A stretch of 64,000 bases of DNA from assembly GCF_001194135.2 (NCBI RefSeq), contig NC_068990.1:45147915-45211914 (forward strand), read 5' to 3'. This document shows, one piece after another, positions 26,866 to 40,449 of this stretch; positions within the stretch are counted from its first letter, which is position 1; the number at the start of each line of letters is the position of its first letter. The notes under the pieces were generated by a model that worked only from the letters and a program-made list of their open reading frames with translations, had not been told where the DNA came from and did not search any database. The translations under genes and the position numbers were made by a program. The DNA is from Octopus bimaculoides. Lineage: Eukaryota.

Positions 26866-28317
26866 TTTTTGTCTGAGAAGGTCATTGGAGTTGGCCTAAA
26901 AGTTTCAACAATTCTGAAATGCTGTTTGTAACATATCAGTTAACTGGTTCAAACTTCTTTTCAACCACTTACTTTTCCCTGTTTGGAGTATTAAAAAATA
27001 TCTCTATATCATCCAGACTAACCTGATGTTGTTATACTGCACTGGCCACAATACACTTCCTTGCATTGTTGTAGCTTTTGAATGATGCCACTCCACTTGC
27101 TAGGTGAGCAAGCCAACATTCTCCCTGAACAAAACAAGTTCATTGCAGGTTTACCCATTCACAGCCGACTGGACTCGAGCAATATGAAATGAAGTGTTTT
27201 GCTCAAGAGCTTGACCACCAGTTTAGGAATCTTGTGATCATGAGTACAACACCCTAACCACTAGGCCACATGCCTTCAGATTTAAAAATATAAACCAGCA
27301 TTATTGACACATAAAAGAGAGGAGTGACTTATAAATATCTATATAAATCTATTTATAAGTGTGTTAGTTTCTCATGGTTTTATAATTTATAAAAGCACCC
27401 AGCACACTGTTAAGTGGTTGATGTTAGGAAGGGCATCCAGCTGTAGAAACTATGCCACAACAGACAGTTGGAGTCTGGACAGCTCCCTGCTAGCCAGCTT
27501 CATGTCAAACCGTCCAACCCATACCAGCATGGAGAGCAGACAATAAACAATGATGATGATTAAATTGCAAATTTAAAGATACATAGGTTTTGATTTTAAT
27601 TTTATGTAATAAAGTAAGCTAAAGTAAGCTGTTGGGTTCATACCTCAAAAATATTCAAATTTCTCTTTGTTATATATTTTAATTTGACTTTGGTTCATTT
27701 TTAATTGTTGTAATTTTATATATGTTAGGTTTTGTGAATATATTAGTATATTTTTCATTGTTCTTAGTTGATTTTTCTATGTTATTTTTACTCCTTTTCC
27801 ATATGGTAGCACACTTTGCATACCGGGTACTTGATAAATCAAGTTTATCTCATCCAAGAACTGTCTCAAACAGTTTCCTGGATTTGAAGATGGTTGAGCA
27901 ATGTCTTGATTGTTTTAACATCTACTTTTCCATGCTAGCGTGGGTTAAACAGAATTTGTTGAGGTAGATTTTCTGTGGCTGAATACCCTTCTTGTCAGCA
28001 ACCCTTACCTATTTCAAGCATGGTAATATTTTCCTGCAGCCAGGCATGTTTTTTACAAATGACTGTAATCAAACAACATCTCTTGTTTTGACATCATGTG
28101 ATGTTTCTAAACAAGCATCACTGTTAAACAGGAGGACACACACACACACGTACAATGGTCTTCTTTCAAACAAGAGTTTGTTTATTTTAAGTTCCATTTA
28201 GCAATAAACATTTATAAACCAATCTTTTCAGTGCCACAAATATTACATTAGTACTGTACACTCAATGATATATCACTAATATTGCACCCTTCCTTTATGA
28301 TGTTATACTTATAGGTG

Positions 28318-28978
28318 CAGACATGGCTGTGTGGTCAGAAGTTTGTTTTCCAACTACATGATTCTGGGTTTAGTCCTACTGCATAGCACCTTGGGCATAT
28401 GTCTTCTACTATCTCCAGACCAATCAAAGTTTTGTGACAGAAAGTGAAAGATGCCCATCATTATATATATGTGTGTTTGTCCCTCACCACTGCTTGACAG
28501 CTGGTATTACTCTACATTATTTACATATGCCCACAGGCATATGGCGTAGTGGTTAAGAGTGCGAGCTACTAACCCCAAGATCCCGAGTTCGATTCCAGGC
28601 AGTGACCTGAATAATAATAATAATAATAATAACATCGAAAAATACCTTAGGAATGAGAACCCAGGTTCGAAATTTCCCCAAGACACCCAATGAAGGCTGG
28701 AGGGTATATCAGCCGAAACGTGATAACAACAAACAAGATGAGGACAAATATCTGTTAAATGTAAATAATGTACATAATTCCTTATCTCTTAAATATAGAA
28801 CTGGTATTGCTCTGTTTACACCCCTGTACCTAGCAGTTTGGCAAAAGAGACTGATAGGTTAAGTACCAAGCTTAAAAATAAAATAAGTACTAGTGTCAAT
28901 TTGTCTGACTAAATCCTTTGGGGTGGTGCCCCAGCATGATCACAGTTTAATGACTGAAACAAGTGAAAGATAAAAGAT
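28318..28978 (+). mobile_element. tRNA-derived SINE (family 1), split by the 28514-28800 insertion
   Basis: Both halves are colinear with the intact copy at 61504-61868. Confidence 0.8.
28514..28800 (+). mobile_element. tRNA-headed short retroelement with a Penelope-like, hammerhead-motif 3' part, nested in a SINE
   Basis: A box TGGCGTAGTGG at 28542, B box GTTCGATTCC at 28587, (AAT)n linker, hammerhead-like motif at 28682-28721, 13-bp inverted 5' segment, and target duplication CTGGTATTRCTCT at 28501-28513 and 28801-28813. Confidence 0.7.
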
Positions 28979-31900
28979 AATACTGAACACTTCCTCTATG
29001 TTATTGCTAATACTGCACCCTTCTTTGATAATAACCCTGCATGTTTATCAGTTGGAATAACAAATCCCACCTAGTCATCCAGATGATGACAGATGACCGA
29101 CTGATGCCAGTATTGCATACCTGGCACCCGTGCTGGTGACATGTAAAAAGCACCTTCACACTTTGAGCCTCACAGATTCAGTGACAAGTGACCAAGACTT
29201 TTGGCAATATACCGTGCTTGAGAAGATATGTCAAGCCAAGTGAGATTGTAGTTGTGGTCAATGCCAGTGTTTTGTAACTGGCACGTGAAAAGAACCCCCT
29301 ACACTCTTAGTGTAGTTGGTGTTAGGAAGGGCATCCAGCTGTAGAAACCATGCCAAAACAGAGTGGAACCTGGTGCAGCTCCCCAGCTTACCAGTTTTCT
29401 GTCAAATCATCCAACCCATGCCAGCAGATTTTCTGATGCCTTTCCTGTCACCAATCCTCACCTGTTTCCAAGTTAGATAATATTAATCCTTGGTTAGACA
29501 TATTTTGATGGATGTTTTCAAGGGAAGGACAGGACTTGTATGATGGTGACTCTCATTTACAACAATCATGCAATGTCAAAACAAGCAGGCACCACCTCAC
29601 CCAGACACATATATATAACATGGGCTTTTCTCAGTTTCTATCTACCCAATATACTCACAAGGCTTTGGTCAGCTCAGAGCTAGAGTAGAAAACACTTGCT
29701 CAAGGTGCCATGGAGTGGGACTGAACCTGGAACCAAGTGCTTGGGAAGCAAGCTTCTTAGCTACACCCACACTCTTTTGATAAAATTATTTTGCAGAATG
29801 TGATGACTGCTATAAATCCTTTTGTTTCTCTCTGCAAACATAAATTTTCCTGTTATGGAACCTCTTAAACACAGCTCATTGACTCTGGGGTTTAACAAAT
29901 TTCTTGTTAAGCACTGTTAAAACGATTTAACCTACTTAACACTCATTTGAAAGGAACAAGGAGGCATCAATGTGTCTATAACCCTTTAGCATTCAGCTTA
30001 TTCTGTCAAATGTAAGTACTTCCTCTACAGCAAGACACCTGTTTCTGCCTCTTTATTTCTCTGTCACACTCTAACCTTTCATCATCTCACACAAGATCCC
30101 CTCCTCCAATGCCTCTACCCCTCTCAAAATTTCTTGTCTTGCAAGTTACTTGGTGACACTGCTGGTGCTGGTACCATGTAAAAAGCATCCAGTCTGCACC
30201 GTAAAGTGGTTGGCATTTGGAAAGGCATCCAGCTGTAAAAATCATGCCAAAGCTGACCTTACCTGTGCTAGTGCCACATAAAAAGCACCCAGTCTACTTT
30301 GCACAGTGATTGGTGTTAGGAAGGGCATCCAGCTGTAAAAACCCTGCCAAAACAGACACAATAACCTGGAGTAGTTTTCTATCTGGCCAGCTCCTGTCAA
30401 CCATCCTATCCATGCATGCATGGAAGATGGACATTAAACGATGATTATATACATATATATATCATCCCTCTACTGCCTGCAGTTCATGCATTGGTGGCCA
30501 CTCCCACCAATTCACTGTTCACTATATCCACCCTTTAACCTGATCCAATCTTTACAGTTGTCTCTATCTCTCCTCTACTCTCCCAGTCCCCATCTCTTGC
30601 TCCCCCATATACCCTTGAAAATCCCGTGGCTGATGTGTAAGTGTAGAAAAAGGAGTATTATAAAAAAATGAGAATGAGATTTATTTGTATGAAATGGTGA
30701 AAGTAAAGGGTTACTTCTTAAGTGATTGGTTGGGGTTTTCCATCAACTAAAAGTGCTTCAGCAATATAAGGCATGTCAAAAGGTAAATATTTTTCTTGAT
30801 CAACCTGTGGTCGACAAGAAGAAGAAAAGGTTGGCCATCATCGTAGATGAATACTTTGTAAAAACATCATTTGCTTGTCTATTCTGACATGAACATATTA
30901 TGAAAGGAAAGTTATATTTTACTTTAAGCAATATTATGTTATGAAAACTTGGTGCTTAGAGCAACTTATTCTTACATTCTTGACAATATTTGATAATACT
31001 TCTTTAGGCTGTCCTTTAACTTTAGTTTAGCCTCATAGTTTGTTTTAGCCACTATAGTCAGCCCTATATTGGAGTAATGCTTTCAGAAGGTAGAAGGTAC
31101 TTTTTAAACTCTAGAATATAAAAAATACATGACAAATAAAAGGTGCCCCCCTAAAGAAAATATTTAGTTTTAATTTTGTGTGGTTATTTAGTCTCTCGAT
31201 GTTTTTCACCTTCTGAGGTGAGTAGCAGATTATGCTTAGTTTTCTTCTCTTCAGAAATATTCTGAATGTAATATTTTATTACAACATAACTGGAGAACAG
31301 TTTTTCTTATATCACCTTTCTCTGCTTGTTTTGTTTTGCAGATGTGGTTGGTGTATATATGTTCTAAATGCAAGAAACAGTTGAAAGTTGTGTGTGTGTG
31401 TGTGTTATTTCATCTGTGCAATGATCACAGACATCTCACCATTAATTTAACTTTTTTGTATTTTTGTTTTTGTAAAATTCAAGTTATATATCACATCTGT
31501 GCCTCGATTTTATTTATCTTTTTATTTTCCATAAAAATAGGCAGTGTCTTTCTCACTTATTTACTGGCAAATAAAACCACAACCTTCACTCTCATGTTCA
31601 ACAGATTTGTTTTTATAAAAATTTGAAAATGGCAATGTATTTATATTGAGATTAGTTTGCATAAATTTCTATGATGTATAGACTTCACAAAATATTCTGA
31701 GATGTATAATATGCAAATAAGTTTTATTTAGCCCGTTAGCATTCAGATTACTTATTTATTCCTATTGTTTTTAATTAATCATGCATTATCACATAACTTC
31801 AAGATTGCATTGATGTGACAAATTATCTTTAGAATGATGTAGAGTAGGTATGAGAGATCAGATCTGGCTGGTTTAAACATAGAGCAGATAGAATATTTGG

Positions 31901-32029
31901 GCTGGATAAAGAAGAGTCCTGCCTGAAATGTTAGAATTTGCCTCTTTTCAAAGTATATAAATTCAAATTTGTGAATTTATGAACTAATTTTTGTCAAATG
32001 TCACCACCACTAGTTTATTCAGATGATAT

Positions 32030-33310
32030 CATCATCATCATATGATCACTTTTCCATGCTTGCATTGGTTAGTTAGGCTTTCTCCAATATGGCATTTCAT
32101 CACTTCTGGCTGTCATTTGACATTTCTTCCTGAGGGTCAGTCTTCTGATCAGCTTTCACCACTTCCTCCTATATCTTTTGCAGTCTTCCATAGGTTCCTC
32201 CCACTTGATTCATCACTTCTTTGCCTGTCTTGTATCCACCATATATGCAACACATATCTGCACTATCGCAGTTTTCTCTCTTGCACACTACATTGTATTC
32301 CTTGTATAGCTCATGTTTCTATCATCCCATTCATGCACACTAACATTAACATGCAGCAGAGCATGCTTGCCTCATTTCTTTCTAGCCTTTATACATCCTC
32401 TGCATTCAGCACCCATATTGCTCTACCATCAAATATTGCAATATGCACACAAACATCATATGGTCTGCCCCTTGCACAGAGAAAGAACTGGTGCCAGCAA
32501 AGGTAATAATTCCCTGGACTTTTTCCAACCTGTTCTTACTTTGTCTACTATACTTTCAGAACACTTACCTCCACTGCTGATTAGGCCACATAGTAACAAA
32601 AGTTATCAATTACCTCTAGAGATCCTTCCAAGCATTTGAAACAATCTGTCACAGGTGGTTTTATTGCTAATGATCCTGTCATTTGATACATGCAAAGTCC
32701 TTCTTCCATGTCAGTGGGCCTGTGAATCCACTCTGTTTTTTATACATCTATAATTTATAATGTCTTCTTTTCTGTATGTCAAGTATGGTCACTTCAAAGA
32801 TGACCATAGAGTGTTGTCTTTCCTGTTACTTTGAACTTTAGTCTTTGCTAACTTCTCAAATCTAGGTTTTGCTTCCCTGTTTAGAATTTCTTCTTTAAAC
32901 TATTGACAGATTCAGCTGTCAGGACTAGGTCATTGGTATGCATGTGTTCACATAGGACATCCCATCTTAAACTCCACTGCTACTATAATAAGTGGTACTG
33001 AGCTGGGAACTTTGACCTGATAAACACTTCTATCCTAAATTTTTTGCTAAAATCATTGCTAAGTCTGACCATATAAGCACATCTATACATGGCTTTCGAG
33101 GATCTCACAAGTCACTCATCTACACGTAATTCTCTTAGCAGTACCAGACTACAGTACTTGTTGCCCTTTGAAAAACTTTCTCCAGGTCAACATATGGTAA
33201 GGTACAATGGTTTGTTTTCAGTTAACTTCTGCAGTTTTCTCATGAGGGAGTGGCTTGGTTGTAGCCTGTCCTGGCACAAACCCAAACTGCTCATAAAGTG
33301 TTTCCCTTAG
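32030..33310 (-). mobile_element. Heavily decayed RTE-clade LINE (RT to 3' end)
   Basis: Minus-strand remnants QFGFVPG and KPLYL..VDLEKVF, a C-terminal block resembling RKLR.C.YVAYM, and a (GAT)n tail at about 32030-32045. Confidence 0.75.
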
Positions 33311-33721
33311 TTCCAACTTATTTACTAAGCTTAAAAAGCAGATAAGTATCAGAGTTGAGAACAGTCATTTGATTATCTTAGAATGAGTGGTATGGTTCTT
33401 CATTCTCTAATTTTTGCAAATTTCAAACTTTCAGGTGTCTGCTTACACCTTCTTGCACAATGAACAAGGTCATATCATTTGTGCTATTAAGCTTTCCTGA
33501 ATCCTGCTACTAACTAGTACCTCAGTGTTTGCTATGTTTGTCTTCAGATAGCTTGTAATACATATCTATAATTACTAAAATCTCTCGCTGAGCAGGTTTT
33601 TGATTTTGATGCCACTTTAACATCTTCACACAAGCCATTTACTATAGTTTATTTAATTTCCTTTGTCCTGTTTTATATCTATGATTGACTCATCTGTTGT
33701 TTCCACTGAGAGATTCTCCTT

Positions 33722-33873
33722 ATCATCATCATCATCATCATCGTTTAACGTCCGCTTTCCATGCTAGCATGGGTTGGACGATTTGACTGAGGACTGGTGA
33801 AACCGGATGGCAACACCAGGCTCCAGTCTGATTTGGCAGAGTTTCTACAGCTGGATGCCCTTCCTAACGCCAA
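33722..33873 (-). mobile_element. Young RTE 3' end, about 150 nt
   Basis: (CAT)n-CGTTTAACGTCCGCTTTCCATGCTAGC...CCTAACGCCAA, near-identical to the other young copies. Confidence 0.9.
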
Positions 33874-33936
33874 TAATCTTTGCTTAACAACTTTCTTGAT
33901 GTATATTTTCATTGTCTGCAAGAGTAAGAGTTCTTA

Positions 33937-34391
33937 CAGTCGTGGCCCAAAAGTTTGGAACATTTTTTTTTTAAATTAAAATTGTCATGCCCAAGTACAA
34001 TTTGATTCAAATATAACTTTAGGCATTTAATATAAAAATTCTAATTTTTAGACCTATGTTCTAAACTTTTGGCCAAGTAATAATATCTTATAAATTAACC
34101 CTTTAGCATTCAGCTTATTCTGTCAAGTGTAATGTTTATTCATTCACATTATTTTGAATTAATCTCACATTATCTTGTAGCTTTGAGATATTGATGATGC
34201 GGTTGTCTATTTTAAAAAAGACATTGCAAGGTAAATGTGAGAGGCCAGATCTGGCCAGTTTAAACATAAAAGAAGTAGAATATTTTGGCTGGATATGGCT
34301 GGTTTAAACCATAAAGGGTTAGATATAACTGGGCATTTAATATAAAAATTCTAATTTTTAGACCTTTGTTCCAAACTTTTGGCCACAACTA
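33937..34391. mobile_element. Tc1-type MITE with a nested piggyBac MITE
   Basis: TA-CAGTCGTGGCCCAAAAGTTTGGAACA left end and TGTTCCAAACTTTTGGCCACAACTA right end. Confidence 0.75.
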
Positions 34392-35854
34392 TCTATAATT
34401 TCAGGCACTTTTCTTTGATGACATCACAATTCATTAAATCTCTCAATTCATATGAAAACCTCTTGCCTCTTCATAGTTTAACCCATTGCCAAATATCCTA
34501 CTCATTGATATATTCTCATGTACCTAGTTATATTCAGTATTATTTTTATTTTTACTACCCTCTAAATATAATTCTTGCTATCTGATTCCCACCACCTGCC
34601 TCACTTCTTCTAAACCTTTTGTTTATCTCTTGTAGTCTTATCAGATATACCTTTCCATCACCAAGCTACTCCATATTTAGTTAGGTCATTGATCATCCAT
34701 AAAGTGGTTGGTATTGAGGATTGTTTTGTAGGAAAGCTCTTGATACAATTTGACTTCTATAACTTTGTTTTGTTGAGAAAATAAATAATTCAGCAACACC
34801 AAACAATAGTTAAGTAGTGTGAACATTTAATGCAGGGAGCAATAAAAAGCTAACAGAAGTAATTATGTGGTGAGGAAAAAAGCAGTATTAGTTAGTAACC
34901 AGTATTTTCATTTTCCCAGTTATCCTTTGATTATGATATCAAAATAAAATGAAAACATGTGCAGTGTTGCCTTGTCAGAAAAATGAAAATATTAGTTATT
35001 AACATGTTTTTTTTCCTTACCATGTTTATATTTCTTGTTAGTTTTTTTTCATAGTCTTTGCATTAAATAAGTTAACACTAACTCAACTATTCTATATTTT
35101 GGTTTTCTTATCTATAATGTGCTGTGGAATTTTTCCATTCATAGATTCCGTTTTTTAACCCTTTCATTATCATATTTCTGTTTATATACACTGCTATTGT
35201 TTCAGTTAATTTTGAAAATTATGAAGAATTTAGTTAATAATTTTGTGATTTATTAAGTTGGTGTTTGGAATATAAATTAACAGAGTTTTGAGGGAATCTT
35301 TTAATTTAGATCACCTTAAAATGATAAGCTTATATCATAGAACCAAGGGCAGGTTTCAAAAGGATTAGATTTCAATTCTGTTTCCTTGTTACTCTGCTAT
35401 TTTGCTTGGTCTTCATAGTTTACAGTCTGAATTTACTGTCACTCTTCTATCAAGAAGACAATTTGTTATATTTGCTACACTTAATCATCTGACTGGGAGA
35501 TGATCAGTTGACTTTGTTTTTTAAGTCACCATCTCTCTCTTTCCAGCTGGGGAAGCCATGTATCCATCTGTTCCTCTCCCTCTATCATACTTCCACATCC
35601 TTTAATGTTATACTCCCACTCATTTGAGAGTTCTTGTCTTGTGAGTACTTGGTAACCTCATTTGTATTGATGACACAAAAAAACTACCCAGTATGCTCCG
35701 TAAAGTGTTTAGCATTAGGAAGGGTATCTAACCAAAGCAGATATTGGAGCTTGGCACAACCCTTTGGCTCATTGGTACCTGACAAACTGTCAGCCTGTGC
35801 CAGTATGGAAAGAGGGCTAATATATTTATCATGGATGTTAAATTGATTGGCATC

Positions 35855-36431
35855 ATGGAACTTTCGGCAGTCTCACACTGCTTTTTCAGTTTACTCAGCT
35901 GAAAGTGTGGACCAGCAACAGCAGCAACTGGAGTGAATGGGGTTGACTTTGTGGCAGACCACCGTCTTGTCCAGGAGCGGAGGATTGTATTCTCAGTCAT
36001 TCACACACCCTAGAAATTGGATTAAGCTCATGTCAAATGAGTTTGTTTTCTATCATCATCATAGACGCCACGCGAACTACATTAATAACACTACTTTTTT
36101 CTCCTTTAACATATAAAGTGTGACGGGCCATGATCATGGACGTCAGGCACAGGTCGACAGGCCATGATCATGGCCCAGATAGATGCATGTAATTTATGGG
36201 TGTTTGTTGGGGTCTAATGTCATTCAAACACTCTGATACCCCCCAGAATGTAAGAGTACTAATAGTTCAACTAATGACTTTTCAGATGATGTAAAACTTA
36301 CCACCATTATATACTAAGAAGATATTTTAACTATTTTTTGTTTTTTATGTGTGCATGATAATCTCATTTTCATAAAATGTGCTCAGCAGTCCATGCTATA
36401 TAAGTGCAAATCCCAGCGCATTATGGGTTAA
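35855..36431 (-). mobile_element. Possible 5' fragment of a piggyBac-like transposon
   Basis: Minus strand starts TTAA-CCCATAATGCGCTGGG, has palindromic subterminal repeats at 36121-36176 and a weak piggyBac-like N-terminal segment (WSATKSTPFTPVAAVAGP). The second end was not found. Confidence 0.35.
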
Positions 36432-37006
36432 AGGGACTTTTTACATTGCTCCTTTTCTCTCGACAATATGACTGCTCCTCTCCATCTCACTCAGTTCCAT
36501 CATAGTTTTTTTATTTAGTGTCTAGTATTAGATGAGGTGGAGAACTCTTCATAGGAATTAACTTTCTGTAAGGTAATGGATCTCAAGTAGAAGAAATTTG
36601 AAACCTAACCTAAAAATTGGAAAGAAACCAAACTAATAAGGAACCTTCCTCGTGGCTACTTGATCTGTTAGAAATAGCAAATAAAATTTCTCTCATTTCA
36701 ACCCTGCCATCACAAATCTGTTGTACTGAATTATATTAAGTAGTACTTTTTATTTTTGAATCTTTTTTTTCTTCTGGTCTTTGTTTCAAATACCAGCATA
36801 TAAGAAATGCTCAGTAGAGGACAAAAAATAATATCCTCTAGGAACTATAGACATTTTTGTGTGACTTACTTTAGGTGCCATTGTTGTTTGTCAAGGTGAG
36901 AATGATGAGACAGTGTCCCGGTCTCTTTACTCAAAATTAAAGTTCCAGCTAACGGTTAACCACAACGATCAGTTTTTAATTGATTCTGAGATTATAGGTA
37001 TGTGTT

Positions 37007-37044
<38 letters not shown>

Positions 37045-37699
37045 AGATAGAGAAAGATGAATCTAGTCTAGTGTTTGTCTTGTATTTTATCAATCTTGGA
37101 GAAATGAAAGGAAATTTGACCTTGGTAGAATTTGGACTCAAAATGCAAATTGCTAGAACTATTGTTTTAGGATGCTCTAAAGGTTCTGCCAGTCAAACAG
37201 CTTTTGGGTGAAATGCCAATATATTTTTCTTTTCACTTTATAACTTCAAGTTATTTCTTAAGCTTTATCTGTCTACACTTCATTGTTATTGTTCTGCCCA
37301 AAATTCTTTTGATATAATATGTAGGATTTAAATCTAAAATACATCAGATATACAACCCTCCTCATATAAACGATGTATATTCACTATTTTTATCAGCAAA
37401 CACTTTCCTTGTTTCTTGTTTTCAGGTTCTTTCTCTATGAAAGAATTGCAGATATTTCTTACAAGAAAACAATGTAAACTGATAGTTTTACACAGTTCAG
37501 TAGCAAACAAACAAACACACAGCCACATACACACACACATATGTATTAGTAAACAATATTTGGAGAGTAATTCTTAATGTGTTGTGTGTTATTATGTTTA
37601 TCAATATAAAAATATGTTGTATCTATCCAGTAGTGTTCTTATTCTTCCCTTACTGTAAGGAATATTTTACTTTCTCTCACTCTTTTACTAGGACATGTC

Positions 37700-38110
37700 G
37701 TCTTTCTCTAGTTCTTTTGAGTCCATGTTGAGCACAGGGTACCAACAAAAGATTTCCATCTGTCTTGATCTTTGGCAATGGATTACAGTATCCAGGTGTA
37801 GCTACCTACCAGCACTTCAGTTTCTGTGATCCTTCACCATGTTGTTTTTGGTCTGTCACACTTCTGTCTCCCTTGGAGCATTCACCTGAAGACTTTCCTT
37901 GTAATGTTGGAAATGGGTTTTCATAGGGTGTGTCCCATCCAACTCCATTCCCTGCTTTTGATCTGGGTTCTGATAGACTCAAGGCTTTGTGAGTCTATCT
38001 TGCCATCTTACCTGAAATACTCTATGCTTTATATCTCTGAAAGTGTTCTGCTTCTGAAGTCTTAGAGGTAGCCTTACAGTTATTCTTCTTGTACCTCTTC
38101 TTCCTGATGT
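37700..38110 (-). mobile_element. Decayed RTE (BovB-like) LINE C-terminal fragment
   Basis: Minus-strand IKSREWSWMGHTL*KPISNITRKVFR*MLQGRQKCDRPKTTW...AKDQDRWKSFVGTLCS. Confidence 0.75.
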
Positions 38111-40449
38111 CATTTTTCTGTTATGGAATTGGTTACACAGTGTTTCACCATTCTTGGTCCTTCATCATCAGACAAACACAGTAACAGAGAAATCTACTAA
38201 TCTTTGTTGTGTCTTTTTGGTATGGTTTTAAGGTTTCAACAACTGGGTGCCCATCTTTTTACTAAGCACTTTAAAAATTGCGAACTAAATACATCTTATT
38301 ATGCTTGTTTAAATATTAAGCAAATCAAATTTTGTCATAATTTAAGTAACTCTTATAATATTTACTTACCACTGAAACAATATTGAATTTATATTTATTT
38401 AATTATATTTCTGTTTATGGCAGTCTTCTAAACTGGTAGATAGGTAGCAGTTGTATATTGTGAAGGAGTATTTTGGCACTGGGAACAAGATTCAGTAATA
38501 GAAACATCCATTTCAAGGACAGATGCTTGTGTCTGTGTTTATACATTTGTTCAACTCTTATTTGTATGGGAAACAAAATGCTATTGCACACTGCTCAGAC
38601 ACCTATCATTGAGTTCAGATCCTCTTGTGGTTGATTAATCTTCTTTTAGAATTAATCCTCCTACTTAGTGGATAGTAACCGATAGGTGAATCTTGTTTAG
38701 AGAAACAGAAATCTGCTACTAACTTTATATGAAGCACAAGTAATTCATATACCATAGTATTGCTTTCTTGTCTAGCACAGTATGTCCACCATACATGCAT
38801 ATTGTAGATGAGCCAATGAGAGAACATCTACATGGTTGCGTTATTTGCTACAAATAGCTGCCACTTTACCTTCAGAGTTAACTGTACTATCTTCATAAAG
38901 AAAGTGTATATTGAATAACTTAATCCAAAATACACTATGCCTAGAAAGAAACAGAAAAGCATGGAATAACCCTGATCACAAGTTTGCTCTGTCGAAACTG
39001 ACTTAGGGTTAAATAATAGCAAAAACAATACATTCTAGACCATGCGGAAGAAATTATTTGATTGATAAATAAGACCTTATTCACCAACATTCTATAGCCA
39101 TTGGTCTCCCATGGGAAGTTGAAATAAAAGAACTACACAGATAAGATATTAACTTAGTTATGAATTATGAATTCACATTTCGTTGAACTCTGTGGTTTTC
39201 AATCTTCTTGGTTTTGTGACATACTGGAGATTAAATAATAATATACTGGTATATTTTACATGGAAAATTAAACAAGACTATATTTTTAAATTTAAAATCA
39301 GAAAAGAAAAGAAAATATAGAAAATTATTGCTTACCTTGTTTAATCAGCTCTTCAGCATTTAAACTGGCCATATCCACCCCAAGTATACTACCTTGGTTT
39401 TATGTTCAAACTAGCCAGATTCAGCCTCTTGTAGCTACTCTACAATGTTATTCTGAAATAAACAATCACATTGTTCAAATCTTGAAGCTGCAAGATAATG
39501 CATGATCAATTCAAAACAATGTGAATAAATAAACATGGCATTTTACAGAGTAATCTAAATGCTAAAGAGTTAGTCATACTTGTGTATAACAAAACTATCA
39601 AGAGGAGGTTTTCTGAGATGCTCAAGTATTGATATGGAATTTTCTAAAGCACCTAGATATTCATTACTTTACTCCATTTGAGAACCACTGGCTAACTGTT
39701 AAAAATAGATAACATTCATTTGGAAGACTGATCTTCTATCCAGAAGGAGATTACTCTCTCACCTACCTGATGTTCTGAATCCAGAACAACATACTGGCTC
39801 TTATGGAATTCTCTGAGAATATAAAACATTTACATTAAATTAAATATAGGCACAGGTATGGCTATATGGTTAAGAAGCTCACTTTGCAACCATGTGGTTC
39901 AGTCCCACTGCATTCTAACTTGGGCAAGTATTTTCTACTATTAACCCTGGTTGACCAGTGTCTTGTGAATGAATTTCGCTGGTGAACACTGTAGAAACGA
40001 AACCCATTGTGTGTGCGTGCATGTGTGTGTGTGTGTGTGTGCGCATGTGCATATATGTTTCGTCATCATCATCATTTAATGTCTGCTCTCTATACATACA
40101 TATATGGTTCAAATGTACAGAAAACAAAAGACAAAGACAGGTGAGGGAACAAGCAGGTGTGTTAGTGTGATGCTTGGTATGTATGTAAGTATGCATGCAT
40201 GTGCGTGTGTCTTTGTGTTTGTCTCCAACCGACAACTGATGTTGGCTTGTTTACATCCTCATTCATAACTTTGTGGTTTCCATAAAAGAGACTGATAGAA
40301 TAAGTACCAGACTTCAGAATAAGTATGGGAGTTGGTTTGTTCAACTAAACACTTCAAGACAGTGCCACAATGACTGAAACAAGTAAGATAAAAGATACAA
40401 CAGAGCTGTTTCTCTTATTTACCTACAATCTTCTTGAATCATTCTAAGC

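Noticed and set aside
28536-28605. Possible tRNA gene
   Set aside because: A and B boxes are present, but I cannot fold an acceptor stem or anticodon arm, there is no T-run terminator, and it lies within an insertion with a target duplication. It is a SINE head.
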